Of a DNA stretch of 64,000 nucleotides, positions 29,489 to 39,086 are shown one piece after another (position 1 is the stretch's first letter; each line of letters begins with the position of its first letter). The position numbers and the translations under genes are program-made. The stretch is from an uncultured Verrucomicrobiae bacterium (GTDB taxonomy: Bacteria > Verrucomicrobiota > Verrucomicrobiia > Limisphaerales > Palsa-1400): the NCBI GenBank assembly GCA_963764165.1, contig CAVXRD010000001.1:736001-800000 (forward strand), read 5' to 3'. The notes below the pieces were generated by a model. That model was not told where the DNA came from, did no database searches, and saw only the letters and a program-made list of their open reading frames with translations.

Positions 29489-31171
29489 GAGACTGTCTCA
29501 AAACGTTTTAGTCTGGCCGATCTGGTTATATGGGCACCAATAGGGGCTGTGGAAACGGGTGTCAACTTTTAGTTGTCAGAGCGTGGCTGGCGTCAGCGAT
29601 GACGCCAAGCTTCCCTTTCCCTCCTTTTTTAGGCCGCCATCGCCAAATTTCCTTCAACCGCGGCGGTTTTGACTTCCATTTTCGGCGTCTGGACCCGGGC
29701 CTGCCACTTTTTATAGAGGATTCGCAGGTTCAAGGTGGCGCATAACAAGGCCCATTGGGCTTGCACGGCTTCCAGACCCCAAACTGTCCAACGCCGAAAG
29801 CCGTCGTGTTGCTTGAGCTGCCCAAACCGGCGTTCGATGATCTCTTTGCGCTTTCCATAAAGCGCGGCGGGTCCTGGCTCTTGCAGCCGGGCCCGCATGG
29901 CTTGCACCAGCGTGGTGTGCGGCCACACTTCGACTTGCCGCCCTTTGGGATCGCGGCTGCAGAGGGCGCGCACGGGACAGTCTCGGTGATGGCAGCGGAA
30001 GCGCTCAACGGTCTGGCCTTTCTTGGTGGTCTGGCCTTCGTGGTCCAGAAGGCGCTCTTGCGGGCAGGTGACGGTGTGGGCCGCCTCGTCATAATGAAAA
30101 TGCTGCGTCGCGTAGGCGTTGTCGTGGGCTGGCTTGCCCTCCGCCGGCGGGGCCAGCACATTCATCTGCTGTTCCACGGCCGCTTTCAAGTCGGCCCCGC
30201 CCCCATAGCCGGCGTCGGCGGCGGTGAGGGTTGGAATGGCCGCCGGACCGAGGTTTTGCCTCGCTTCTTCAATCATGGGGACCAGCTGGCCGGCGTCGGT
30301 TTCCTGGCGGGTGGCTTGACAGGCGACCATGATGCCCTCCTGGCTGTCGGCCACCGCCTGGGCGTTGTAGGCAAAGCGGTTGGTGTCGCCGACTTTCATC
30401 CGGCGCGCCTCCGGTTCGGCTGGATGGTAATGGTGGCGCCCGTCGGCCTGCAGCTGGGCCAGGCCTTTTTTGATTTCCTCGCGCAGGGCCTGGCGCTGGG
30501 CCAACCCGGCGGGCAGCCGGCAGCCCGGTGCGCTGGAATCCTGGTTCTCCGCCACGACTTTGAGCTCGATTTCCTCCAAGGCGCCATCCAGCTGGGCCAG
30601 GAGCTTCTCCATGTAAACCTTGCTCCAGCCCTGCGGCCCGCTGCAGGCGGCTTGAATCTTGGTGCCGTCCAACGCTTGCAAGGCAAATCCCACCGCCCCG
30701 GTGCGGAGGGCCAGCTGCACGGTTTGCTTGAAAACCTGGCGCAGGGCCTTTTTGTTTCCGTCCCAGAACCGCCAGAGGCTGTTGTGGTCGGGGGCGTTGA
30801 GCCCCGTCAGCCACAGCAGCGAGACATGCTCCGTGCAGGCGGTTTCCAGCTTGCGGGTGGAGCGAATGCGGTGGAAATAACCGTAAAGCCAAATCTTGAG
30901 CAGGAGGCTGGGGGCATAGGGCGGACGGCCTTCGGCGGCGGCGGGAATGACAAACCCAAGCTGGGGCAGATCCAACTGGTCGACAAATTCGCGCAGGAAG
31001 CGGGCGGGATGGTCGGCGGACACCCAGTCCTCCAGGGCGGGCGGGAGGAGGAACTGCTGTCCGTAATCAGGGGCAATCGGTTGAGCCATATTTGTTGAAC
31101 GGCATTGTCAACTAAAGGCTCACATATTGTCAAATACATTCCTCAAAAAACAGAAGTTTTGAGACAATCTC
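29489..31171 (-). mobile_element. complete IS1182-family insertion sequence
   Basis: 16-bp TIRs GAGACTGTCTCAAAAC / GTTTTGAGACAATCTC (15/16 match); 4-bp direct repeat GGCA at 29485-29488 and 31172-31175. Confidence 0.93.
29629..31089 (-). CDS. IS1182-family DDE transposase
   Basis: GRPPYAP.LLLKIWLYGY, RSTRKLE, ALDGTKI, YNAQ, ADAGY and IERRFGQLK; intact 486 aa. Confidence 0.95.
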   Translation of the reverse strand: MAQPIAPDYGQQFLLPPALEDWVSADHPARFLREFVDQLDLPQLGFVIPAAAEGRPPYAPSLLLKIWLYGYFHRIRSTRKLETACTEHVSLLWLTGLNAPDHNSLWRFWDGNKKALRQVFKQTVQLALRTGAVGFALQALDGTKIQAACSGPQGWSKVYMEKLLAQLDGALEEIELKVVAENQDSSAPGCRLPAGLAQRQALREEIKKGLAQLQADGRHHYHPAEPEARRMKVGDTNRFAYNAQAVADSQEGIMVACQATRQETDAGQLVPMIEEARQNLGPAAIPTLTAADAGYGGGADLKAAVEQQMNVLAPPAEGKPAHDNAYATQHFHYDEAAHTVTCPQERLLDHEGQTTKKGQTVERFRCHHRDCPVRALCSRDPKGRQVEVWPHTTLVQAMRARLQEPGPAALYGKRKEIIERRFGQLKQHDGFRRWTVWGLEAVQAQWALLCATLNLRILYKKWQARVQTPKMEVKTAAVEGNLAMAA

Positions 31172-31329
31172 GGCAGGGCCGCCCTGCCAAATTGCGGCAG
31201 GGCGGTGCTGCGCCGCCGCCCCAATATTGCGCCCTTAAACCAGCGCGGAATGCCTTGAATCGTGTCGTTGCACGCTATTGCACCCTATTGCACCCTTGGT
31301 TTTCGCGCTCCAAAATGCGCACCCGCCAG

Positions 31330-31544
31330 AGGAAATGTAGCGGGTATGTAGCGGCCCTGTAGCGCCCGATGTAGCGGTTTATCCGGTTGATAATCAACGA
31401 TGTAGCGGATGTAGCGGCTTTTTCGAGATTATATGCACATTCAATGCTGTGCCCTGCCAGTGCCCCGCCTGGCCTCTCGATCTGGGCGCGTCTCCGACAA
31501 CGACCGCACCTGGGTTCTCATTCCGCTGAAAACAGCGAGGAACC
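31330..31544. repeat. TGTAGCGG/GTTGATAATCAAC module with MITE-type terminus
   Basis: Roughly 11-bp-period TGTAGCG repeats around the palindrome GTTGATAATCAAC; ends in TTCCGCTGAAAACAGCGAGGAACC; homologous to 45080-45530. Confidence 0.8.
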
Positions 31545-31564
31545 ACACTTCGGCGGTCAAGGCG

Positions 31565-32482
31565 CTAAGGAGCAGGCACGGAAAACCCCGCCACCAATGG
31601 CCGATGATCCGACGCCACTCCCCAATTCGGCGTTGCCAGCACATACGTTTCGTCTTTCAGCCAATGGCTTCTCATGCCGCTGCCGAGAAGGATGTAATCG
31701 ATGCGGGTATAGTCGTCGTCTTTGGCGTAATAATGGGTCCAGGTGATGCGGCGGGCGCCGCGCTCGTCGGTGTCGCCGTTGCGTTCGGCGGGGCGGGTGT
31801 CGAACAAGCGGGCTTTGCCGCGGCCCATGATGGCGCGGACGGGTTTGGAATCCTGCAAATCGTTGAAGTCGCCCACCACCGCGAAATTTTCCAGCGGATC
31901 CTGCGCGATGCGGGCGTCAATCACCCGCCGCAGCGCCGCCGCTTCCTCGTAACGCCATTCGTCCTCATCCGCAATTGCAGAAGGCCGGCGTGATTTCAAA
32001 TGCGCCGCGATGAGGGTGAATTTGAATTGCGGACTCACTTGAATATCGACCTCCGTAAATCCGCGGCTTACCGTCAAGCGACGCCCTTCCAGCAGAAAAT
32101 TCTCGTTCGTGTGCGGGTGGCGGGCGGAAAACGGAAACCGGCTCAAGACCGCCAGATGGATGTTGGTGTCGTATCCAGTAATCTCATCCCAAAACGGCAA
32201 GTCGAGGCCGTTGGTTTTCAGGTTCGCTTGCAAACTTAACAGAGCGTTGGTCGCGCCAATTTCCTCCAGCGCGATGACATCCGCCTTGAGCGCCACGATG
32301 CATTGGCAAACCTTCGCCTGCGCTTCCGGGGATTTGACATGCCGGGTCCCGGAGGCCACATCGAGATAATTTTCCACATTGAAGGTTGCGAGACGAAAGA
32401 CATTCGTTTCCGCACGCGCCGCAGCCACGGCCACGAAAACGAACAGCAAGAAAAGCCACAACCGAACTGGTCTCGGTTTCAT
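31565..32482 (-). CDS. secreted endonuclease/exonuclease/phosphatase (EEP) family protein
   Basis: TFNVENY, HLKS, GDFND, IDYI and SDH motifs; signal peptide from ATG 32482. Confidence 0.92.
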   Translation of the reverse strand: MKPRPVRLWLFLLFVFVAVAAARAETNVFRLATFNVENYLDVASGTRHVKSPEAQAKVCQCIVALKADVIALEEIGATNALLSLQANLKTNGLDLPFWDEITGYDTNIHLAVLSRFPFSARHPHTNENFLLEGRRLTVSRGFTEVDIQVSPQFKFTLIAAHLKSRRPSAIADEDEWRYEEAAALRRVIDARIAQDPLENFAVVGDFNDLQDSKPVRAIMGRGKARLFDTRPAERNGDTDERGARRITWTHYYAKDDDYTRIDYILLGSGMRSHWLKDETYVLATPNWGVASDHRPLVAGFSVPAP

Positions 32483-32496
32483 GGGGGAGGACATTA

Positions 32497-32621
32497 GCCA
32501 CAGATTTACACAGATCAACACAGATAAATTCATGGGAGGAATGGGAAGTATGCGACGCATGCAAGGCGGGCACGAAGACGCCCTTCGGAAAAATCTGTGT
32601 TGGTCTGTGTAAATCTGTGGC
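32497..32621. repeat. inverted pair of CACAGAT periodic repeats
   Basis: GCCACAGATTTACACAGATCAACACAGAT versus ATCTGTGTTGGTCTGTGTAAATCTGTGGC. Confidence 0.8.
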
Positions 32622-32697
32622 CAATTCCGAGAATCTGCGGCCAATCTGCGATTTTGTTTTCTTTTCCGCCACAAACTCATTAATAGTGCCAGTGCCA

Positions 32698-33372
32698 ATG
32701 AAGACATTCGCTGAATTGGGATTTCCCGGTCGGCTTATTGCGGTCGAAGGGCTGGACGGTTCCGGCAAATCGACCCAAATTTATCTGCTTAAACGCTGGC
32801 TGGAATTGCAGGGGCTGAAGGTTTTTTTCAGCGAGTGGAACTCCTCCGCCCTTGTCAAAAGCGCCACCAGCAAGGGCAAAAAACGCGAACTCCTTTCACC
32901 CACCACCTTCAGCCTGATCCACGCCACGGATTTTGCCGACCGCTACGAACGCCAGCTGGTTCCCCTGCTCCGCGCCGGCTACGTGGTGCTGTGCGACCGC
33001 TATATTTTCACGGCCTTCGCGCGCGACACCGTTCGCGGCTGCCCGCCGGAATGGGTGCGCGGCATTTACGCTTTCGCGGCGATGCCGGACCTGGTTTTCT
33101 TCTTCAAGGCGCCGCTGGAGACCTCGCTGCAGCGCATTCTGGACGCGCGGCCGCAATTGAAATATTTCGAGGCTGGCATGGATTTGCGCCTTTCCTCCGA
33201 TCCTTACGAGAGTTTCCGAATTTTCCAGGGACGCATTCTGGAACAGTATTTGGCGATGAGTTCGGAATTCAAATTTTTGGTCATCGACGGAGGCCAGCCG
33301 ATTGAAGCCCAGCAGAACATCGTCCGCGACCTTGTGGCCGCCAAGGTGGACTTGCGAAAATTTCTGCCGTAA
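32698..33372 (+). CDS. tmk: thymidylate kinase-like protein 1
   Basis: P-loop EGLDGSGKST, CDRY and PDLVFF. Confidence 0.85.
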   Translation: MKTFAELGFPGRLIAVEGLDGSGKSTQIYLLKRWLELQGLKVFFSEWNSSALVKSATSKGKKRELLSPTTFSLIHATDFADRYERQLVPLLRAGYVVLCDRYIFTAFARDTVRGCPPEWVRGIYAFAAMPDLVFFFKAPLETSLQRILDARPQLKYFEAGMDLRLSSDPYESFRIFQGRILEQYLAMSSEFKFLVIDGGQPIEAQQNIVRDLVAAKVDLRKFLP

Positions 33373-33388
33373 AGCGCCCATCGAAATC

Positions 33389-34168
33389 ATGAAAGCCGCC
33401 CGTTCGAGCAAGCCCAAACCTGATGCGCCAGCCGCCAGCAAACACAAGCCATTGCGCTCGAATATTATCGTCCCGAAGTGCAAGCCGCGCCGTTTTTATG
33501 GACAAGGCGTCCCTGGCGTCGATCTTTCCAAATTGGCCGGAAAATTAATTGTGGTGGAAGGCGCGGACGGCTCGGGCCGCTCGACGCAAATTGCTCGGCT
33601 TGTGCAATGGCTGGAGGCCAGCGGACACGCGACGGTGCAGGTGGGATTGAAACGCTCGACGCTGGTCAGCGAGGAACTCGACAACGCCCAGCAAGGCAAC
33701 ATCCTTAGCCACACCACCCTGAGCCTTTTCTACGCGACGGATTTTGCCGATCAATTGGAGAACATCATCCTGCCCGGTTTGCGCGCCGGATTGATGGTGC
33801 TGGCTGATCGTTACATTTACACGCTGATGGTGCGCGACATGGTGCGCGGAATGGACGAAGTGTGGTTGAAAAATCTTTACGGCATCGCGCTGACGCCGGA
33901 CGTGGTTTTTTATTTGAACGTGCAGCCGCAGGAGCTTATCGAGCGCAATTTCGCCAAGAACCAGTGCCTCGATTATTGGGAAAGCGGCATGGACCTGGGG
34001 CTCTCGCGCGACATGTTTGACTCGTTCCTGCAATACCAGGCGCTGGTCGCCGCCAAGTTCCGCGAAATCCAAAAAACCTACGGCTTTACCATCGTGGACG
34101 GCCACCAATCGCCGGATGAAATCAGCATGGAACTCAGGGATCGCATCCAAAGCGTGCTTGAAGATTAA
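33389..34168 (+). CDS. thymidylate kinase-like protein 2 (P-loop K to R)
   Basis: EGADGSGRST, ADRY and PDVVFYL; paralogous to the upstream gene (GMDL motif shared). Confidence 0.85.
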   Translation: MKAARSSKPKPDAPAASKHKPLRSNIIVPKCKPRRFYGQGVPGVDLSKLAGKLIVVEGADGSGRSTQIARLVQWLEASGHATVQVGLKRSTLVSEELDNAQQGNILSHTTLSLFYATDFADQLENIILPGLRAGLMVLADRYIYTLMVRDMVRGMDEVWLKNLYGIALTPDVVFYLNVQPQELIERNFAKNQCLDYWESGMDLGLSRDMFDSFLQYQALVAAKFREIQKTYGFTIVDGHQSPDEISMELRDRIQSVLED

Positions 34169-34202
34169 TTCCGGACTGCCCATTTAAAACCAACGCATTC
34201 CT

Positions 34203-35186
34203 ATGGCTGAAGCCAGCGTCAAACCTGAATATTATATAGGCGTCGATCTCGGCGGCACAAAAATCCTCGCCGGAGTCTTCGACGAAAAACTCAATTGCCT
34301 TGGCCGCAGCAAAATGAGCACCAAGGCCGATCGCGGCCCAGACGAAGTCATTGACCGAATCGCCCGCTGCGCGCGCGACGTGGTTGACGAGTGCGATTTG
34401 GATTTCAAGCAAATCCGCGGCGTCGGCATCGGCGCGCCGGGAGCGATTGATCCAGAGACTGGCCGTGTTATTTTCGCACCCAATCTCCAGTGGACGGACG
34501 TGCCGCTGAAAAAATTGCTCGAAAAGGAAGTGGGTGTTCCGGTGTCCGTTGAAAACGATTGCAACGCCGCCACGCTGGGCGTTTTTGAAAAGGATTTGCT
34601 GGGCAAGCCGCGCTATTTGGTCGGAGTGTTTATCGGGACGGGCCTGGGCGGCGGCATTATTATTGACGGAAAGCTTTATCCCGGATTCGGCGGAACAGCG
34701 GGGGAAATCGGCCACATGGTCATCGAGGTGGGAGGCCCGAAATGCAATTGCGGCAATCGCGGCTGCTTCGAAGCGCTGGCCAGCCGCACCGCCATTTTCC
34801 GGTCCATCCACGCCGCGATCAAGGACGGCCAGAAAACGCTTTTGACGGACATGCTCGGGCCGGACTTGGCCGATTTGCGCAGCGGCGATCTGCGCAAAGC
34901 CATTCGCAAGGGCGACAAGCTCGTGGAAAAAATCGTGGAGAGCGCGGCGGAATACACCGGCATCGCCGTTGCCAATCTCATCAACATTCTCAACCCTCAA
35001 ACAGTCGTCCTCGGCGGCGGGGTCATCGACGCTCTTGGTGACGAAATGATGGCGATTATCGTCGAGACCGCGGAAGATTACATTTTAAGCGGAACCAATA
35101 AGGGTGTTGACATTGTCGCGAGCAAAGCTGGAGACGATGCCGGCATTATCGGTGGCGCAGTGCTGGCGCGCCGAGCGGTGAAATAG
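34203..35186 (+). CDS. ROK-family sugar kinase (glucokinase-like)
   Basis: GVDLGGTK, ENDCN, GTGLGGG and GEIGH..CNCGNRGCFE. Confidence 0.92.
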   Translation: MAEASVKPEYYIGVDLGGTKILAGVFDEKLNCLGRSKMSTKADRGPDEVIDRIARCARDVVDECDLDFKQIRGVGIGAPGAIDPETGRVIFAPNLQWTDVPLKKLLEKEVGVPVSVENDCNAATLGVFEKDLLGKPRYLVGVFIGTGLGGGIIIDGKLYPGFGGTAGEIGHMVIEVGGPKCNCGNRGCFEALASRTAIFRSIHAAIKDGQKTLLTDMLGPDLADLRSGDLRKAIRKGDKLVEKIVESAAEYTGIAVANLINILNPQTVVLGGGVIDALGDEMMAIIVETAEDYILSGTNKGVDIVASKAGDDAGIIGGAVLARRAVK

Positions 35187-35231
35187 CGTCGTGTGTCGAA
35201 GGCAAATCAAATTTTAAGGGGCGCCTTTTCA

Positions 35232-35316
35232 AAGGTAGGGACGCCTCGCCGAGGCGTCCGGGGTGAGGTTTCAAATTTGCACGCAACCGGACGCCTCGGC
35301 GAGGCGTCCCTACCTT
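35232..35316. repeat. GTAG-type REP doublet, family A
   Basis: AAGGTAGGGACGCCTCGCCGAGGCGTCCGG ... CCGGACGCCTCGGCGAGGCGTCCCTACCTT. Confidence 0.88.
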
Positions 35317-35327
35317 AAAGATTCAGC

Positions 35328-36326
35328 GTGTCCAACATTTCCCAACATCGCTGCGCGGTTATTGATGTCGGAACCAATTCCGTCAAGTTGTTGGTGGGCG
35401 ATGTCGCCGCCGGCGTCGTCACGCCGGTTTTTGAGACAAGCAAACAAACACGGCTTGGTGCGGGCTTTTACGAAACGCGCCGCCTACAGGCAGGCGCAAT
35501 CGCCGCCACCGCAGCCGCTGTCGCGGAATTCTCGAAAGCCGCCCAGCAACTTAACTCCTCCCCTGCCCGCATCATCGCTACCAGCGCCGCTCGGGATGCC
35601 ATCAATGCGGAAGAGCTGGCGGAATCCATTCAGCATGCGAGTGGTTTGGAAATGGAGGTTATCTCGGGAGATCAGGAGGCGGATTGGGTTTTTCGGGGCG
35701 TTGCCACCAATCCAAACCTCGGGAATATGTCGGCGCTCGTTCTGGACATTGGCGGTGGAAGCACTGAATTTATCGTCGGCGAAAATGGGGTTTCGCAATT
35801 CAGGAAAAGCTACAGCCTCGGCACCGTCCGCTTGCTGGAGAGGCTCCGCCCAAGTGACCCTCCCGGCCTGAAAGCGCTCAACGATTGCCGGGCCGGCTTG
35901 CGCGAATTCTTGAAAGCGGAAGTTGAGTGGCAGGTGAAAGCAGCCTTAAACACGAGCCGCCCTGTCCGCCTCGTAGGGACCGGCGGCACAGCCACCTTGC
36001 TCGCGCGCATCGAGACGAAGATGACGGGCTTTGATCGCGAAAAAATCGAATCCACGCCATTGACTTTGGAAGGCATCCGCCGCGAATTGGAATCCGAATG
36101 GCAAATGACACAAGCCGAGCGCCAGAAAATCGTCGGCTTGCCCGCCAACCGAAGCGACGTCATCCTGACCGGCATTGCCATCTACGAATCCATCCTGGAG
36201 CTTTTTGGGTTTAGCGAATTGACAGTCAGCACACGCGGATTGCGGTATTGGGCTCTTCTGGAGCCCCCGAAAGACAAAAAAAGAGCGGACACCATTGCAG
36301 TGTCCGCTCCCCAACAACCAAACTAA
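35328..36326 (+). CDS. ppx: Ppx/GppA exopolyphosphatase (short form)
   Basis: IDVGTNSVK, ATSAARDA.N, DIGGGSTE, GTGGT and RGLRY. Confidence 0.92.
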   Translation: MSNISQHRCAVIDVGTNSVKLLVGDVAAGVVTPVFETSKQTRLGAGFYETRRLQAGAIAATAAAVAEFSKAAQQLNSSPARIIATSAARDAINAEELAESIQHASGLEMEVISGDQEADWVFRGVATNPNLGNMSALVLDIGGGSTEFIVGENGVSQFRKSYSLGTVRLLERLRPSDPPGLKALNDCRAGLREFLKAEVEWQVKAALNTSRPVRLVGTGGTATLLARIETKMTGFDREKIESTPLTLEGIRRELESEWQMTQAERQKIVGLPANRSDVILTGIAIYESILELFGFSELTVSTRGLRYWALLEPPKDKKRADTIAVSAPQQPN

Positions 36327-36511
36327 CCAACCCTTGGCCTCAGACAGACCGCCTGGGAAAACCAAAAACCCATTCGGCCTCAGTGCTGAGGCTGTAATAT
36401 ATGACGCTTCATTTTTGAAATTGTTCAACAAAATATTTTTCTTTTTTTCCCCACCCATCACCCGCATGATTGGTTGACCGAATGTCCCCGGAGGCAGGCA
36501 GTTTAAACGTC

Positions 36512-37888
36512 ATGCGTATTACAAACCTCAACCCAGATTCCGATATCGGCGCCAGTGCCTGGCTGCTCGAATCGGAAATGGGCACCCTATTAATGGATGC
36601 TGGCATGCATCCCAAGCGCGAAGGCCGGGAAGCCTTGCCGCTTTATAAATTGCTGGATAACAAAGCTTTGGATGCCGTTGCCATCTCGCATTGCCACCAT
36701 GACCACCTTGGCTCTTTGCCGATTGCAGCGCGTTATGGACGCAAGGCGCATCTCATCATGACCGAGCTGAGCTATTGCCTTGCGGGCCGTGTGCTTCACA
36801 ACTCAGTCAACGTCATGGTGCGGCAACGGGATGAACGTGGCGTCCGGGATTATCCGCTTTTCAATCACGACCAGGTTGAAGAAATCGAAGAAATATTTCA
36901 GGGTTTCAAATATAATCGTGAAATCGATTGGGCCTCCTTTACCCGGACGCGGGCCGGACACCGGTCGCCAACTTTGGAATTTTTTGACGCTGGGCACACC
37001 CTTGGCTCGGCGGGAATTCTGGTCCGCTCCGGCTCGAGGACTGTTTTCTATACTGGCGATGTCTGCTTTCACGATCAAACGCTTCTGCAAGCCGCCCGAT
37101 TCAACAAAGTCCGCGCCGACGTGCTGATCATGGAAACAACCCGCGGCGGCGTGGCCAACGGTCCTGAATTTTCGCGGGAAAACGAAATCGCGCGGCTCAC
37201 CGCTTCCATCCAACGCGTCCTGGCGGCACGAGGGAGTGTGCTGATTCCGGCCTTCGCGCTTGGACGGACTCAGGAAATCCTGGCGGAATTGGCGCTGATG
37301 ATGCGCGCCGGAAAAATTCCGCGGCAGCCAATTTACATTGGCGGATTGGGCCGCGTGTTCACCGAAATTTATGACCTGAAATCGTATCTGGCCGACCGCC
37401 AATTGCCGAACCTCCAGCTCATGGAGGAATTGCAACTGGTCGTCCTGGAGCGCGATGAATTGAATTCCATCAAGCTCGGCGGCGGGCGGATTTTCGTGCT
37501 GACGGCGGGCATGCTGACCGAGGGCACTCCCGCCCATGACGTCGCGCGCCGCATGATTGAAGACGAGCGGCACGCGATTTTCTTCGTCGGCTACGCGGAT
37601 CCCGACACGCCGGGCGGGCGCTTGAAAGGTTCGAAGATGGGCGAGGAATTCCTGTTCAGCGCGGACGCGGGAAAACTGACGCGCAAATGCGAGATGCAGC
37701 AATTCGATTTGACAGCGCATGCCAACCGCGAAGCGCTGCTGGAATTCGCGGGGAATATGTCGCCCAAAGTCATCCTGCTCGGGCACGGCGAACTTCAGTC
37801 ACGCACATGGTTCGAGGAGCAACTGCGCGCGCGGTATCCGCACATCAAAGTTGTGCAGCCTGCGCCCGGGCTGACCGTCGAGGCGTAA
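36512..37888 (+). CDS. beta-CASP metallo-beta-lactamase-fold ribonuclease
   Basis: SHCHHDH, AGHTLGS, YTGD, PAFALGRTQE, AHA and GHGE. Confidence 0.9.
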   Translation: MRITNLNPDSDIGASAWLLESEMGTLLMDAGMHPKREGREALPLYKLLDNKALDAVAISHCHHDHLGSLPIAARYGRKAHLIMTELSYCLAGRVLHNSVNVMVRQRDERGVRDYPLFNHDQVEEIEEIFQGFKYNREIDWASFTRTRAGHRSPTLEFFDAGHTLGSAGILVRSGSRTVFYTGDVCFHDQTLLQAARFNKVRADVLIMETTRGGVANGPEFSRENEIARLTASIQRVLAARGSVLIPAFALGRTQEILAELALMMRAGKIPRQPIYIGGLGRVFTEIYDLKSYLADRQLPNLQLMEELQLVVLERDELNSIKLGGGRIFVLTAGMLTEGTPAHDVARRMIEDERHAIFFVGYADPDTPGGRLKGSKMGEEFLFSADAGKLTRKCEMQQFDLTAHANREALLEFAGNMSPKVILLGHGELQSRTWFEEQLRARYPHIKVVQPAPGLTVEA

Positions 37889-38830
37889 TCAAAATGGAAA
37901 CCCGGATTTCGGTTTGTCGCGCTTTTCCCGCTCGCGGTGCTTTTGTGAGACTTTCTGGAGCAAGTCGTGTTCTTCTTTCGTAAGGCTGTGAATGCCTTGC
38001 TCCGAGATCTTTTGGAGGATCGCATCCACCTCCCGGTTGAGTTCCACAGGTGACGCTGGGACAGCGGCCTTTTTCTTCCTGCCGAAATTGAAATTGAGAT
38101 TGAACCATCCGGCACGCTGCGGCCGCCAGGGAATCGGGCGTGATCTCCGCTTTGTGAAATCAAAACCTTCCAGCGGAACATACATCGCATCCCGGCTCAT
38201 GTACATGAACAGCAGGATGGTGCCGACTGAAATGCTGGCAAACCACCAAGGGCACATCCCAATGTGGTTGGGGTGGAGGGCGGCCGCCGTATAAAGCCCC
38301 ACCAATGCGCCGCCGAGGTGCGCATCGTGCCCAACGTTGTTGAGTTGACGATGCATCCCGATGAACGAGGCGAGCAAGTAGGCGATGGCGTAGATTGAGG
38401 CTGGGATGGGAATAGGAAAGAAGATGAACCCGAGGTTGCTCCCAGGGAACAGCAGCGTGTAAGCCAGCAGAACGCCCGACACTCCCCCCGAAGCCCCCAA
38501 TGCGCGGTAGTCGTGGAAACGATGGATGTACAAGCCAAGGAGGCTCCCCCCCACAATGGAGGCGGCATAGATCAAAAGCAGATTGCCCCAGCCAAATCCG
38601 AATTCGATCCACTTTCCGAACAAATACAATGTAACCATGTTTGCTGCCAGATGAAATGGGTCCAAGTGAAGGAAGGCAGAAGTGATAATGCGATACCACT
38701 CTTTCCATGCCAGAATCGCTTCGGGCCAGAAGAAGTATTTCTCGCGAAAGGCCGCTGACTGAAAACCGTAAAAAGAAACACCGCAGGTGATGATAATCAC
38801 CGCGATCGTGAAATAGGCGTCTCCAACCAT
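37889..38830 (-). CDS. rhomboid intramembrane serine protease with C-terminal soluble domain
   Basis: FLH....H...NM, GASGG and AHLGG; tail VDAILQKISEQGIHSLT.EE. Confidence 0.92.
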   Translation of the reverse strand: MVGDAYFTIAVIIITCGVSFYGFQSAAFREKYFFWPEAILAWKEWYRIITSAFLHLDPFHLAANMVTLYLFGKWIEFGFGWGNLLLIYAASIVGGSLLGLYIHRFHDYRALGASGGVSGVLLAYTLLFPGSNLGFIFFPIPIPASIYAIAYLLASFIGMHRQLNNVGHDAHLGGALVGLYTAAALHPNHIGMCPWWFASISVGTILLFMYMSRDAMYVPLEGFDFTKRRSRPIPWRPQRAGWFNLNFNFGRKKKAAVPASPVELNREVDAILQKISEQGIHSLTKEEHDLLQKVSQKHREREKRDKPKSGFPF

Positions 38831-38908
38831 GTGCACAACGGTAGCAGTATGGGGAAGAGGCTCGCTCCTGTCGATAAAATGCTTTGGACAGAAATGGCAC
38901 GGGAGCAC

Positions 38909-39047
38909 GAGCGCGGCTGTGTTCGAAGGAGCGAAGCGACGAAGAATCAGCCGCAGCGCGTCGCGATTCACAGGCGCCGGTTATCTTTACAAAACCGCCG
39001 GTTTGAGTTCAGCCTGCTGCGACTGGTCTGCGACACAGTCGCGCTCC
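38909..39047. repeat. long inverted repeat element, family C
   Basis: GAGCGCGGCTGTG ... GCTGCGACTGGTCTGCGACACAGTCGCGCTCC; homologous to 15393. Confidence 0.7.
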
Positions 39048-39086
39048 GCCGAACGGCCCTCGGCAATCCCCCCTTTTAATCGCACT

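Noticed and set aside
29755..31098. 447-aa ORF antisense to the transposase, and similar long shadow ORFs (e.g. 6998-8383, 10098-11258, 54305-55429)
   Set aside because: These are antisense shadows expected from high-GC codon bias opposite well-supported genes
31330..31420. CRISPR array
   Set aside because: Units are only about 9-12 bp with no unique 30-40 bp spacers, and no cas genes are present
28421..31705. DGR template/variable repeat pair (117-nt near-identical repeats, one at a gene 3' end)
   Set aside because: Mismatches are not adenine-specific on either strand, many are synonymous, and no reverse transcriptase is in the window
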